Assembly: GCA_030059675.1 (NCBI GenBank)
Contig: JANVYQ010000001.1
Span: 64,001-128,000 of the forward strand
DNA from: Candidatus Pelearchaeum maunauluense
GTDB taxonomy: Archaea > Thermoproteota > Nitrososphaeria_A > Caldarchaeales > Caldarchaeaceae
Direction: 5' to 3'
Length of the DNA: 64,000 nt
In this document: piece by piece, positions 20,208-31,894 of the stretch
How the letters are laid out: each line of letters opens with the position of its first letter
Position numbering within the stretch: the stretch's first letter is position 1
The notes under the pieces: model-generated
What the model was told of the DNA's origin: nothing
Seen by the model: only the letters and a program-made list of their open reading frames with translations
Databases searched by the model: none
Program-made: the position numbers and the translations under genes

Positions 20208-22571
20208 TTATTTGGCTATTCCCTTCTCTTTGAGTATGCGCCAGACGGTCTCGGCTTTGAGTGGTGGGTCTATGTGCCTAACGCCTAGGTGTGCGAGTGC
20301 ATCAACAACCGCGTTGACTACTGCTTGTGTTGCTGCGATTGTTCCCGTCTCGCCTACTCCCTTGACTCCAAGCGGGTTGTGTGGTGAGGGTGTCTCGGTG
20401 CTGCTCGTCTCTATGCGCGGCACGTCTGCCGAGGTTGGCACAGCATAGTCGGAGAGCGTGGCCGTTAGTAGGTTTCCATCCTTGTCGTAGACGGCCTCCT
20501 CCCAGAGAGCCTGCGCCATACCCTGAACGACGCCGCCCTGAACCTGTCCCTCCACTATCATCGGGTTAATCTGCCTACCACAGTCATCAACCGCCACATA
20601 CCTCTTGACATGCACCTCACCCGTCTCTGGGTCTACCTCAACGACGCATACATGCGTGCCGAATGGGAAGGTGAAGTTCTCTGGGTCGTAGAATGCTGTG
20701 CTCTCAAGCCCAGGCTCCATGCCTGCTGGCAGCTCTCCCTCTCCAGCCAGGTAGCTGGAGAGCGCTATCTCAGCTATTGTTTTTGCCCTCTCTGGCGCGT
20801 CCTTGACATAGAACTTGCCGCGCTCAAACTCTATGTCCTCCTCGCTGGCCTCAAGGAGGTAGGCGGCTATCTTCTTGGCCTTCTCCTTAATCCTCCTACA
20901 CGCTATCGCTATCGCGCCTCCTGCTACTGGCGTTGTTCTGCTTCCATACGTCCCAGTGCCGAAGGGTATCATGGCGGTGTCTCCATGGACTACCTCCACA
21001 TCCTCAAACGGCACTCCCAGCTCTTCCGCTACAATCTGGGCGAAGGTTGTCTCCTCTCCCTGGCCGTGTGGGTGGCCGCCTGTGTAGACGGTTACCTTCC
21101 CCGTTGGATGGACCCTCACGACGGCGCTCTCCCATAGCCCTAGGCCGAAGCCAGTAGCGCGCACAACGCGCGAGGGCCCTAGGCCGCATATCTCTACGTA
21201 GCTGGAGATTCCGATGCCTATGAGCCTGCCCTGCTCCCTGAGCCGTTTCTGCTCTTCGCGGAGCTGCTGGTAGCCCACTAGTTCTAGGGCCTTGTTGAGA
21301 GCCGCCTCGTAGTTGCCGCTGTCGTACTGTAGGCCTGTGGCTACCGTGTATGGGAATGCATCAGGCGGTATGAAGTTCTTCCTCCTCACCTCGGCTGGGT
21401 CCATACCGAGCTCATGCGCCAGTATATCCACCATCCGCTCAACTATGAACGAGGCCTCTGGCCTGCCAGCCCCCCTATACGCATCAACGGGCGCGGTGTT
21501 TGTGAGAACGCCATAGACCTCACAGCTTATAGCTGGTATCTTATAACACCCGCTCAGCATCGTCCCGAGTAGTATCGTGGGTATTCCTGGTGATGCTGTT
21601 GAGAGATACGCCCCTAGGTTTGCGTATGCCTTGACCCGTAGGCCGAGTATTGTTCCATCACGCTTGGCAGCGAGCTCCACGTATTGTATGTGGTCGCGGC
21701 CGTGTATTGTGGCGAGATAATTCTCGCGGCGGTCTTCCATCCACTTGACTGGCCTACCAAGCTCCTTAGCCAGGAACGCTACTACAGCCTCGCCCCCGTA
21801 GCAGTGTATCTTGCTCCCGAAGCCGCCGCCAACATCCGGAGCCACGACGCGCAGCTTATGCTCAGGCACACCCACAATACCAGCTAACAACAATCGGTGT
21901 ATATGCGGGTTCTGCGAGGTCATCCAGACAGTAAGCTCCCCAGTGGCTTGGTTGTACTGCGCCACAGCGCCACGAGTCTCTATCGCAGTGGGCTGTAGCC
22001 TGTTGTTTATGATGCGCTGCTTAATCACCACCTCAGCCTCGGCAAACGCCTTCTCAACATCTCCACCGCTTATGCTCCAGTGGAACGCTATGTTGTTCGG
22101 CACGTCATCATAGAGCTGGGGCGCTTCTGGCTTTACTGCCTCCTCCTGATTAACAACCGCTGGGAGCCGCTCATACTCAACCTCTATTTGCTCCAAAGCG
22201 TCGCGAGCAACGTATGGGCTCTCCGCAACAACAACAGCAACGGGGTCGCCGACGTAGCGCACCCTATCAACGGCAAGCGGCATGTACTTCGGAACCTTCA
22301 GGTCTGCATTCGGTATAGCCCAAGCACACGGTACTGGGCCTAGCTTGTTCTCCAAATCCTTACCAGTATAGACCGCTATGACGCCAGGCACCTTCCTGGC
22401 CTTCTCAACGTTTATGCTCACTATCTTGGCGTGGGCGTATGGGCTTCTGAGAAACATGGCGTATACCATTCCTGATAGCTTTATGTCGTCGGTGTATCTG
22501 CCCTGGCCTGTTATCATGCGCGGGTCTTCGCGCCGCTTGACTCTTGCTCCGAAAATCGCGCTTACCGCCAC
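20208..22571 (-). CDS. Xanthine oxidase-family molybdoprotein large subunit (CoxL form II / CutA-like)
   Basis: GGGFGSK, AYRGAGRPE active-site loop, HGQGEET, GQVQGG, KGVGE. Confidence 0.92.
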   Translation of the reverse strand: MAVSAIFGARVKRREDPRMITGQGRYTDDIKLSGMVYAMFLRSPYAHAKIVSINVEKARKVPGVIAVYTGKDLENKLGPVPCAWAIPNADLKVPKYMPLAVDRVRYVGDPVAVVVAESPYVARDALEQIEVEYERLPAVVNQEEAVKPEAPQLYDDVPNNIAFHWSISGGDVEKAFAEAEVVIKQRIINNRLQPTAIETRGAVAQYNQATGELTVWMTSQNPHIHRLLLAGIVGVPEHKLRVVAPDVGGGFGSKIHCYGGEAVVAFLAKELGRPVKWMEDRRENYLATIHGRDHIQYVELAAKRDGTILGLRVKAYANLGAYLSTASPGIPTILLGTMLSGCYKIPAISCEVYGVLTNTAPVDAYRGAGRPEASFIVERMVDILAHELGMDPAEVRRKNFIPPDAFPYTVATGLQYDSGNYEAALNKALELVGYQQLREEQKRLREQGRLIGIGISSYVEICGLGPSRVVRATGFGLGLWESAVVRVHPTGKVTVYTGGHPHGQGEETTFAQIVAEELGVPFEDVEVVHGDTAMIPFGTGTYGSRTTPVAGGAIAIACRRIKEKAKKIAAYLLEASEEDIEFERGKFYVKDAPERAKTIAEIALSSYLAGEGELPAGMEPGLESTAFYDPENFTFPFGTHVCVVEVDPETGEVHVKRYVAVDDCGRQINPMIVEGQVQGGVVQGMAQALWEEAVYDKDGNLLTATLSDYAVPTSADVPRIETSSTETPSPHNPLGVKGVGETGTIAATQAVVNAVVDALAHLGVRHIDPPLKAETVWRILKEKGIAK

Positions 22572-22574
22572 GCC

Positions 22575-23126
22575 TTACCTCACCTCCTGCTGCTGGCCGC
22601 GCATCTGCTCAGCCGCAGCAAGCACGGCCTCAACTATCTTCTGGTAGCCTGTGCAGCGGCAGAGGTTTCCAGAGAGCCCCCTGCGTACATCCTCCTCGGT
22701 TGGGCTTGGGTTCTGGGTTAGCAGCCAGTACGCCTGCATGAGCATTCCAGGCGTGCAGAAGCCACACTGCAAGCCGTGATGCTCCCAGAAGGCCTGCTGT
22801 ACAGGATGCAGCTCGCCGTCGCGCGCCAGACCTTCCACCGTGAGTATCTCAGCACCATCAGCCTGCACAGCAAAGATGTTGCACGACTTCACGGACTTCC
22901 CGTCCATTATCACCGTACAAGCCCCGCAGTTGCCTGTATCGCATCCCACGTGAGTGCCTGTCAAGCCCAGCACATCGCGGATGAAGTGGACTAGCAGCAT
23001 ACGTGGCTCCACCTCAGCAGAGTATTGGACGCCGTTTACCTTGACGTTTATCTTGGCTAGCTGGGCTGTTGGTGGCGCTGCTTTTGCGCGCGGCTTCCTC
23101 CTGTCTACACGCTTCTTTCGCGGCAT
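22575..23126 (-). CDS. 2x[2Fe-2S] small subunit (CoxS/CutC-like)
   Basis: [28 protein letters not shown]. Confidence 0.95.
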   Translation of the reverse strand: MPRKKRVDRRKPRAKAAPPTAQLAKINVKVNGVQYSAEVEPRMLLVHFIRDVLGLTGTHVGCDTGNCGACTVIMDGKSVKSCNIFAVQADGAEILTVEGLARDGELHPVQQAFWEHHGLQCGFCTPGMLMQAYWLLTQNPSPTEEDVRRGLSGNLCRCTGYQKIVEAVLAAAEQMRGQQQEVR

Positions 23127-23132
23127 GTTGCA

Positions 23133-24008
23133 TCACCCTCCACGCGCCCTGCTTAGGGCTTGCTTGACGGCTCTCCGCGTGAGAACGCGCGCCATGGCTC
23201 TGCGGAACTCTGCGCTGCCCCTCAGCGGGTCGTCAAATGGTTTCGCATCCTCGGCGGCTGCTTCTGCCGCTTCGTCTATAACCTCGTCGGTAAGCTCGCG
23301 GCCGACTAGGGCTTCTTCCGCCTTCTTAGCTCTAAGGCTAGTAGGACCAAGCGCTGTCAGCCCTATCCCAGCGTATTTGCATGTTCCGTCTGGGCTTATG
23401 GTTATCTGGGCCGCTACGCCAGCTATCGCGAAATCTCCCGCGCGGCGCTCCATCTTGAGATACGCTCCGCCGCTCCCCTCTGGGGGTGTCGGTATCCTTA
23501 TCTCGGTTATCAGCTCATTAGGCTTGAGCGCTGGCGTGAAAGCATCTACGAAAAAGTTATCCGCCTTTATTGTGCGCTGGCCGCGTGGGCCTGCTACGCG
23601 TATCTCTCCGCGTAGTGCTAGGATTACCGCTCCCCAGTCTCCCGCTGGGTCGCAGTGGGCTAAGGCGCCGCCTATGGTTCCTAGATTCCTGACCTGCGGG
23701 TCGCCTATATGCGAGGCGGCCTCAGCCATTATTGGGACACGCTCTCTTATGAGCTCGGACTTCTCTATCGTGCTGTGCCTAGTCAAGGCGCCTATCTGAA
23801 TCACTCCCCTCCCAGCCTTGATGTACTCCAGCCCCTTTATCTTGTTGAGGTCTATCAGATACGCTGGAGTAGCCAGGCGTAACTTCATCATGGGAACTAA
23901 ACTCTGCCCACCAGCAATAACCTTAGCTTCTCCACGCAGCTTATTGAGCAGACTTATCGCATCCTTAACCGATTTTGGTGCAAAATACTGAAAACTTTTT
24001 GGATACAT
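23133..24008 (-). CDS. FAD-binding medium subunit (CoxM/CutB-like)
   Basis: AGGQSL.P.MK.R, QVRNLGTIGG, DPAGD. Confidence 0.94.
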   Translation of the reverse strand: MYPKSFQYFAPKSVKDAISLLNKLRGEAKVIAGGQSLVPMMKLRLATPAYLIDLNKIKGLEYIKAGRGVIQIGALTRHSTIEKSELIRERVPIMAEAASHIGDPQVRNLGTIGGALAHCDPAGDWGAVILALRGEIRVAGPRGQRTIKADNFFVDAFTPALKPNELITEIRIPTPPEGSGGAYLKMERRAGDFAIAGVAAQITISPDGTCKYAGIGLTALGPTSLRAKKAEEALVGRELTDEVIDEAAEAAAEDAKPFDDPLRGSAEFRRAMARVLTRRAVKQALSRARGG

Positions 24009-24065
24009 TTCCTTTTCAAGTAAATAATTGAAAGTTCCTCCCCCGATAAAAGCTTTTAATATAAA

Positions 24066-25085
24066 CTAAATTTGCAGAAAATTAGAGCAGCGCTCAATTA
24101 TGGTTATTATGTCTTGCTTTGATACGGCTCTTCTAGGCTGTGGGTAAAGAAGCGGAATAACGCAGTTCTTGGTATATTGCTTGAGTTTTTCCCACGTTTC
24201 CTCCTCTTGGTCAGCGACGATTGAGACCGCTTCAACCAGCTCCTCTGATATTGCTTTTATCGCTTTCTCCCGCTCTCCAGCTCTCCATAGCCTATCCACC
24301 TCCTCAGCCACATCGCCGTAGCCCATGACGTTGAGTATCCTCCTATATGTGGGTGCTGCGCAGTAGAATGCGACTGAGCGCCGAAGCTCGGTTAGCGCAT
24401 CATCGCTGGAGGAGGCTGAAGATAACACGAATGAGTATAGGCGTAAATCCTCAAGCCTGCGGCCTGACTCGCTAGCTCCTTTCTCCACATTCTCGCGTAT
24501 GAATGACATTGCTTTGGGGGAGAACATGTTTAGTATAATGCCGTCCGCCATCTTTCCCGCTAGTTGGAGCATTTTCTCGTTCAGCGCCGCCACGTATATT
24601 TTTGGCGTGTGTTGCGTCTTAACCCAAAGCCGCATATCCTTTATGTTGAAGAACTCTCCCGCGAAGCTTACGCGACAGCCAGAGAGGTAGCCGCGTATTA
24701 TGCTGAGATACTCCTCCATCCTCTTGACTGGTTTTGATGCTGCTACTCCATGCCCGCGTGTGGTGAACTCAAGCCCTCCAGCGCCCAGCCCAAGGATGAA
24801 CCTACCGCCGCTCAGCTCGCTTAGCGTGGCGGCCTCCATAGCCATCGTGAGAGGCGTCCTAGAATAGATACTAACTATCGCCGTCCCCAGCGTAATCCTA
24901 CCAGTCCTGCCAGCGGCGTATGCCAGCGTGCTGAAGCCCGAACGCCCTATCTCCTCGGTAACCCACATGCTTGAGTATCCAGCCTTCTCGGCTGTTGATG
25001 CTACCTCCGCATACTCGGCCGCTATGAGGTCTACACTTCTGGTGCATACGCCCAGCTCCATGCCCAGCTCACATGCGTTAATCAC
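24066..25085 (-). CDS. LLM-class flavin/F420-dependent oxidoreductase
   Basis: AEKAGYSSMWVTE, I.LGTAI...Y.R.P, SGGRFILGLG, ADG. Confidence 0.85.
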   Translation of the reverse strand: MINACELGMELGVCTRSVDLIAAEYAEVASTAEKAGYSSMWVTEEIGRSGFSTLAYAAGRTGRITLGTAIVSIYSRTPLTMAMEAATLSELSGGRFILGLGAGGLEFTTRGHGVAASKPVKRMEEYLSIIRGYLSGCRVSFAGEFFNIKDMRLWVKTQHTPKIYVAALNEKMLQLAGKMADGIILNMFSPKAMSFIRENVEKGASESGRRLEDLRLYSFVLSSASSSDDALTELRRSVAFYCAAPTYRRILNVMGYGDVAEEVDRLWRAGEREKAIKAISEELVEAVSIVADQEEETWEKLKQYTKNCVIPLLYPQPRRAVSKQDIITIIERCSNFLQI

Positions 25086-26080
25086 TCATAAACCGTCTTG
25101 TTCAGCTCTGCTAGTCGTTGGAGTTGCTCCACCATGATCCGCCTGTTCTTCCGCCGCTCCTCCGCCTCCCGCCACCTCGCCAGCTCGTTCTCCGTTTCTG
25201 GCCTGTATGGCGGCACCTCGCTTGGCCTACCATCTCTCCCTATATGGACAAACGTTAGATGCGCCGTGCTTGCGTGCCGCCTGCGGCCAGTGTAGGGGTT
25301 CTCCGCGATTATCTTCGCACCAACCTCAAGCGAGGTTCTACCCACATGGTTTAAGGCAACCTCTATATCAATTATATCGCCCACCCTTATCGGGTAGTAG
25401 AAGACCATGCCATCCACAGAGCCCGTGAGAACTATGCCTCTACAGTATCTGCTTGCTATGGTGCCCGCCAGTTCGTCTAGGAGGAGGAGCATCTTGCCCC
25501 CGAACATATACTCTCCATAGAGGGCGTCATCAGCAAGAACTATCCGCGAAACCCTGCGGCGCCACCGCGAGTCTGGCGCATACTCGGAGACGTCCAGGCC
25601 GTATTCATGTCTCTTCGCGATGCTTCTTCTCCTATTCTCCCACCGCTTAACGGCCTGCTCGTATATCTCACGCTCCTGCTCGCGCGGCCTTATCTTGGTA
25701 TGCACCTCGCGCGGCTCCCCACGCGCGTCAGTAGCTACGAAAGCCATATGCGATAGCGTTGTGAGGGAACTTTCACCCGTGAGCGGGTTCTCCGAATATG
25801 CCTCAACACCAATCTCCATAGAAGCCCTGCCGACATACTCAACCCAAGACCTGACGAGAACCATGCTGCCGATCTTCACGGGGTTTATGAAGAAAATGCT
25901 GTCAAGCGCTCCCAGCGTAGCGCTGCCGCGCGAGAGCTTCACAGCAGCAAGCGCAGCGGTTGTTACCATCCAGTTCATCATATAGCCGCCGTGAAGCATG
26001 CCCATACTATTGGCATGCTCGGGTAGAACACCAAAAATTGACTCAACAACGGTATCCTTAATCGCAACGCTATTTCCCAT
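25082..26080 (-). CDS. Tandem hotdog-fold acyl-CoA thioesterase
   Basis: Two repeats, N..G.LHGG and MFGG.ML...D, each followed by GR(A/T)S.E(I/V)G. Confidence 0.88.
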   Translation of the reverse strand: MGNSVAIKDTVVESIFGVLPEHANSMGMLHGGYMMNWMVTTAALAAVKLSRGSATLGALDSIFFINPVKIGSMVLVRSWVEYVGRASMEIGVEAYSENPLTGESSLTTLSHMAFVATDARGEPREVHTKIRPREQEREIYEQAVKRWENRRRSIAKRHEYGLDVSEYAPDSRWRRRVSRIVLADDALYGEYMFGGKMLLLLDELAGTIASRYCRGIVLTGSVDGMVFYYPIRVGDIIDIEVALNHVGRTSLEVGAKIIAENPYTGRRRHASTAHLTFVHIGRDGRPSEVPPYRPETENELARWREAEERRKNRRIMVEQLQRLAELNKTVYE

Positions 26081-26233
26081 GCAAATTCACCAGCATAAAA
26101 CAGCGTTTAATTAGGATAGCTCAATAATAAACTGCGTGATTCTTAAAATATCGCAAACAATCGCGGGGAGTTTTTAATATTGGTTGTGATTTTTATCTAT
26201 ATATCCTACTCTTCGCTGCGGCGTTTTACAGAC

Positions 26234-26497
26234 ATGCTGCGGAAAACATTAGCTGTATTGTTGGTGTTGATGCTCCTTGCTAGTTTTACCGTAGTGGCTG
26301 CTAATGGTGATGAAGATGAGGAGGAAAAGGAGAAAGGCGGCGAGGCTGGAAGGGGCGGTGAGAGAGAGGCAGGCGAAGGCGGCTCAACAGGCCTGGCCAA
26401 CATGGTCTTCATGCTAACAGTAGCAGCGATAATAGGCGTTGTAGCCTACACACCAATCCAGACAATCTGGCTGAAGCCGCGTAGCAAAAATGTCTAA
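26234..26497 (+). CDS. Small secreted or membrane-anchored acidic protein
   Basis: Signal peptide, E/G-rich linker, C-terminal TM; overlaps the next gene. Confidence 0.55.
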   Translation: MLRKTLAVLLVLMLLASFTVVAANGDEDEEEKEKGGEAGRGGEREAGEGGSTGLANMVFMLTVAAIIGVVAYTPIQTIWLKPRSKNV

Positions 26498-26984
26498 AAC
26501 ACAACACCTCTACCTACTTCTGGCTATAATACTCATGCTCACATCGCCTACTGCGGCGCTGGCTGAGGAGGATGAAGGGGAGGAAGATGCTGCCAAGGGC
26601 TTGGGCTGGATAGCGGTATGGACTGGAACTATAGCAACTACCTCGCTAATGCTCTATAAGAGGGTGAGGAGCTTACCCATATCAGATAGCACCGTGCGCG
26701 AGCTCTCCATATTCTACAAGCCGCTCCTAAGCTTCCACATCCTACTAAACACAACAGGATTCACAGCAGGTCTGGCGCATGGATACATATTCTCTAGGAG
26801 CATGGAGCCGATAACCCTATCGCTGGTAATCGTGATGCTCTTCCTCACGGTGAGTGGAATACTACTGAGATACACAAGCGCCAGGAATCTGAAGATATTC
26901 AACAAGCTCATCCATGGCCAGCTCATAATGACAATCCTAGCAATATCGCTTGTGGTTTTGCATATTCTAACTGCTGAAGAGTGA
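26490..26984 (+). CDS. Membrane protein with His-bearing TMs (ferric-reductase/cytochrome b-like)
   Basis: Signal peptide, acidic patch, then TMs with H..(13)..H pairs (FHILLN...LAH; IHGQ...VLH). Confidence 0.55.
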   Translation: MSKTQHLYLLLAIILMLTSPTAALAEEDEGEEDAAKGLGWIAVWTGTIATTSLMLYKRVRSLPISDSTVRELSIFYKPLLSFHILLNTTGFTAGLAHGYIFSRSMEPITLSLVIVMLFLTVSGILLRYTSARNLKIFNKLIHGQLIMTILAISLVVLHILTAEE

Positions 26985-27038
26985 GGGTCGGATTTTATAA
27001 AATAGTAAAGGATTTGAAGAAGAAGAGGACAGAACTAT

Positions 27039-27773
27039 ATGCGCGGGAAGTTGAGAATCTCACGGCGGCGCCTACTAGGCTTAACCCTCACATCACTCCT
27101 AGCCCTTAGCGTAGGCGTCAGCTACGCCGAGACGCGGACACTGCTAAAAACGCGGCTGAAGACAGGGATGAGCGCCAAGATAGCATTCCTAACAGACCCA
27201 CACATACACTCTCTCGGAGCTGTCGAGGAGACCGTGCTGGAGCAAGTCGCCCACGAAGAGCCTGACATAATCCTCTTGGGTGGTGATGTGGTTGATGAAC
27301 TTACAAGAGACATAAAGAGCGCTGAACTCTACATTTCCCAGCTAGACGCGCGGGAGAAATTCGCAGTAATGGGAAACCACGAGTATTGGAGCGGCCTCGT
27401 AGGAGAGATGGCAAGCATACTCAAGCGAAACGGCTTCAACATACTAAAAGACACACGAATAACCTCACGCGCAGGAAGCATCTACGGCCTAGACTGGCGC
27501 GAATCCCGCATATACCCACAGCTAACAGCAGAAGGAATAGTATTGGTTCACGACCCTAACGCTGCGCAGAACATAAGTGGCAGATGCCTAATCCTAGCAG
27601 GCCACACCCACGGAGGGCTTGTAATAGCAGGCCAGACCATATACTGCAACTCAGTATACGTACGCGGAGAATACAAGATAACCCAAGAAACAACCCTATA
27701 CGTCTCACGCGGACTCGGACAAATGCTACCGCTGAGACCAACATCACCGCTAGAACTAGTAATAGCAGAATAA
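27039..27773 (+). CDS. Calcineurin-like metallophosphoesterase
   Basis: D.H, GGD..D, GNHE, HDP, AGHTHGG; twin-Arg-like N-terminus. Confidence 0.9.
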   Translation: MRGKLRISRRRLLGLTLTSLLALSVGVSYAETRTLLKTRLKTGMSAKIAFLTDPHIHSLGAVEETVLEQVAHEEPDIILLGGDVVDELTRDIKSAELYISQLDAREKFAVMGNHEYWSGLVGEMASILKRNGFNILKDTRITSRAGSIYGLDWRESRIYPQLTAEGIVLVHDPNAAQNISGRCLILAGHTHGGLVIAGQTIYCNSVYVRGEYKITQETTLYVSRGLGQMLPLRPTSPLELVIAE

Positions 27774-27881
27774 TTCTCCACCAAAAAGATATTATACCCT
27801 TGTATTGATTCCAGTTCATTAATCTATTTTTACTGAAATTTAAGAATAACCACAACACAGATAAAATTAGGTGATTTTCTC

Positions 27882-29019
27882 ATGAATGCACTTCTAATAC
27901 ATAATAACATTAATAATAGTGGCGGCGCTGAGCGCGTCGCCGTATCAGTACTCGCACTGCTTAAGCATATGGGATTCAAAGTAACAGTACTATCGTCAGG
28001 CCACGTAGAATGGGGAAGAATATGCCGAAGCTTCAGATACAAGCTGGACGAGATAAAGCCAGAACGCGAAATACCGCTAAACGCCAACAACTTTGACGCC
28101 TACAAAATAGCAGAAGGTCCCTATACGATATTAGCCAGACAAAGCTACGACATAATAATATCAACATACACAGAGACAGAACGGGGCTTCGCAGACATAA
28201 GCTACATACACTACCCATACCTCTACGGACTCAAGGAGGAGCGTGAAAAATTCTACAACAGCAACCTCTGGCGACTATACTACACTCCCTACCACATGAT
28301 ACACGCGCAATAGACAGCGTATTCCTACCCAGGACAACACTAATAGTTAACTCCACATACACGCAGCTACTCGCACAACGCTACATGGGGATAACGTCGA
28401 TGGTCATACACCGCCAGTAGATGTAAAGAGAATAAACAAGCTGGCTGCGACAAAAACAAAGAGGCGCGAGAATGTAGTAATAACAGTTGGACGAATAGCG
28501 CCAGGTAAAAACCTAGACATAATACCATACATCGTCGCCAAAACGCGGAGCGTGAAGAAATTCCTCATAGTAGGAAATATACAAACGATGTTACCCGACT
28601 ACCTAAACCGTCTACAACACCTCATCAACAAGCTGGGTGTGCGCGATAAGGTCGTGCTACTGCCAAACCTAACCTTCGAGAAGAAGATAGAACTAATGGC
28701 CAACTCGCGCATCTACCTACATACCATGCCCAACTAGCACTTCGGCATAGCAATAGTAGAAGGAATGGCGGCAGGCCTAATACCCGTAATCCACCGTTCA
28801 GGAGGACCATGGCTCGACATACTACAGAGAAGACACAACTTCGGCCTCAGCTTCACAACAATAGAACAAGCAGCCGAGTGTATAGACGAGATACTGACAG
28901 CAGAGGAATGGTTCATGGACAGCCTCTCAGCAGAAGCGCAGGAAGCAGCGAAACGATTTGACGAACAAATATTCAAGGATAAGATGCGCAGACTAATACA
29001 GCTACACCCAAACAGCTAA
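27882..29019 (+). pseudogene. GT4 (ALG11-like) glycosyltransferase pseudogene
   Basis: GGAER, VNSTYT, GRIAPGKN and [16 protein letters not shown] (TAG in place of Glu) lie in different frames; frameshifts near 28310 and 28410. Confidence 0.85.
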
Positions 29020-29090
29020 CATATCCTCAAGACCCCCATTATGGGGATAATCATGCTTTTATAAAAGAAGTCAGAACCTAAACAACAGCC

Positions 29091-29951
29091 GTGAGCTTAT
29101 CACAGCTAAAAGCAGTCTTACCAGTCGCAGGTCTAGGAACGAGAATGCTACCAGCCACAAAAGAACAACCAAAAGAAATGCTGCCAATCTTCGCAATAAC
29201 CCACAACGGAGAGCCATGCGTAAAACCACTACTACACCTAGTCTTCGAACAGCTCTGTAGCGAGGGCATACGCGAGTTCATCTCCGTAGTAGGCCGTGGA
29301 AAAAGAACAGTCGAAGACTACTTCACACCAGACTACTCATACGTAGAAGCGCTCAAAAACAGCGGCAAGAAGGCGGCGGAAGAGCTAAACAAATTCTACA
29401 AAATGATAGAGAACTCAACACTAATCTGGGTAAACCAGCCGGAGCCGCGCGGATTCGGACATGCGGTTCTTATGACACAGAAGGTAGTAGGCTCGAACCC
29501 ACTCATCGTACATGCAGGAGACACTTACATAATCTCACATGGAAAAGAAAGACCACTGACTATTATGTTTAGAAAATTCTTAGAAAAGAACGCTGAGGCT
29601 ATTCTTTTACTTCAAGAAGTTGAAAACCCAAGACAATACGGCATAGCCGAAATAACAGAGAGATGGAGAATTAATCGTCCAACATGTGGTAGAGAAAACA
29701 GAAAAGCCAACAACAAACCTAGCAATAATGCCAATATACATATTCAGACACACAATATTTGACGCGCTTAATGCGATAAAACCAGGCATAGGTGGTGAGT
29801 TACAGCTAACAGACGGAATACAAGAGTTGTTAGACCAAGGGAAAAAGCGATAGCAATAAAACTAGATAAAAGCTCCATCCGACTCGACATAGGAAACCCA
29901 ACACAATACTGGGAAGCCATACAACAATCCTACAACCATGGAAAAGGGTGA
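29091..29951 (+). pseudogene. galU: UTP--glucose-1-phosphate uridylyltransferase (GalU-like), frameshifted
   Basis: AGLGTRMLPATKEQPKEMLP; the C-terminal motifs GELQLTDGI and RLDIGNP lie in other frames after about 29660 and 29845. Confidence 0.85.
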
Positions 29952-29958
29952 CTGATAA

Positions 29959-31310
29959 ATGACGCCAAAAAATTAAGCCAAAATTCTCATTCATAGGCCT
30001 GGGATACGTAGGACTCACAACAGCAGCGTGCTTCGCCTCAAAAGGATTCACCACACTATGCTATGATATAGACCAGAACAAAATGGAAAAAATATCCAAG
30101 GGAGAAGCGCCGTTTTACGAGCCAGGTCTAGAAGAACTCCTAAAAACAACAATAAGCAACAGAACACTACAATTAGCAAGCAGCAACTACGACGCGGTGA
30201 TGAACAGTAATATAACGTTCATAACCGTAGGAACACCATCAAAACCTGACGGAGACATAGACCTAACATACGTCCAAGAAGCCGAACGAGACATAGGCCG
30301 AGCGCTGCGTGAGAAGAGGGAATGGCACCTAGTTGTCGTGAAGAGCAGAATAACCTCCAAAACCACCGAAGAGCTCGTCAAACCCATACTCGAAAGAGAG
30401 TCAGGGAAAAATGCGGTGATGACTTCGGACTATGCATGAACCCAGAGTTTTTACGCGAGGGAAACGCGGTCGAGGACACTCCAAATCCAGACCGCATAGT
30501 AATAGGTGAATGCGACCCAAAGTCTGGAGAAGAACTTGAAAGAACCTATAGAGAGTTCTACGGCAACAACACACCACCCATCCTAAGAACAAGCCCAACA
30601 AACGCAGAACTCATAAAATACGCCAACAATGCATTCCTAGCAATGAAAGTCAGTTTTATAGATATGATAGCAAATTTATGTCAAAAACTTCCAGGAGCTG
30701 ACGTAGAACATGTTGCGAGAGGAATAGGACTTGATAAACGAATAGGGTATCATTTTCTTAAAGCAGGACCAGGATGGGGTGGTTCTTGCTGGCCTAAAGA
30801 TCTTAGAGCATTTTACTCATGTTTAAAAAACTAAATGTTGAATCAGAGTTAATCCAAGCAACAATTAAAATAAATGAAAAACAACCTCAAAAAATTATCC
30901 AGCTAATAAAAAATATGTTAGGTTCATTACGTTATGAAAATGTAGCCGTTCTAGGATTAGCTTTTAAAGCTGGTACAGATGATATAAGAAACTCTGTAAT
31001 AATAAAAATTATAAGAGAATTAAAAGCTAATGGTGCTAAAATAAGAGTATATGATCCTAAAGCAATAGGAAAAGCAAAAACTATTTTAGGACAAGGTATA
31101 AAATATTCATCAATCAGTATATGAATGTCTAGCTGATGCTGACATAGCCATTATATTAACTGAATTGGATGAACTTAAAAACATCAAGCCGGACACCTTT
31201 AAAAATCTGATGAGAAATAAATGTGTAATAGACACGCGAAGAATTTACGATATTGAGGAATTTAAATCCATGAACATTAGATTCCCCTCAATAGGTGTAG
31301 GTCACTTACA
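29959..31310 (+). pseudogene. UDP-glucose/GDP-mannose dehydrogenase, multiply frameshifted
   Basis: IGLGYVG, VGTP, NPEFLREG, GPGWGGSCWPKD, LGLAFKAGTDDIRNS and IDTR are spread over several frames; end approximate. Confidence 0.88.
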
Positions 31311-31443
31311 AAATCAAGCGCTTAACTATCAATTAATAATTCCGTCAAGGATAAATAATAGTGACATAAACAATTATAAGTTTATAAAACTTTTAAATAA
31401 CATGAAAAAGAATTTAAATACGAGATTAACATATAAAGAGACA

Positions 31444-31833
31444 ATGAGAATAAATATTACGTGGTTTAAAAGGCGCTGGTATGACTTTAGAAATGGTCAT
31501 AGTACCTATCTAGCATTTCTTTTGGCATTCACCAATTTTATAGTTATTAATTATCGTCTAGTAGTTGAAAAGTTACCAGAACTTCATTCATTTTTTCCAT
31601 CATTAACGATCTTTGCCCTTTTCTTCGTAATAACATATATACCTATGGCCATTGTTATAGGATATTTACATAGAACCCGCCAATTAAAAACGGAATATAA
31701 GATAAGTTTCGAAGCTAACCCCATAGATGCAAAGCTTTGGCGTATACTTCTTGAAACTTTAAACGGACAGATAGACCGTAACGAATTGGAAGAAATAATC
31801 AGATATCTGAAAAAAATAGAGAAAAAGGAATAA
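31444..31833 (+). CDS. Hypothetical 2-TM membrane protein (low GC)
   Basis: MRINITWFKRRWYDFRNGHSTYLAF...; start inferred inside the 31165-31833 read-through ORF. Confidence 0.5.
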   Translation: MRINITWFKRRWYDFRNGHSTYLAFLLAFTNFIVINYRLVVEKLPELHSFFPSLTIFALFFVITYIPMAIVIGYLHRTRQLKTEYKISFEANPIDAKLWRILLETLNGQIDRNELEEIIRYLKKIEKKE

Positions 31834-31894
31834 TTATTCTTCAAAGATACAATATTATGAACGTAAAATTAATATACTACTGGTTAAAGAATTT

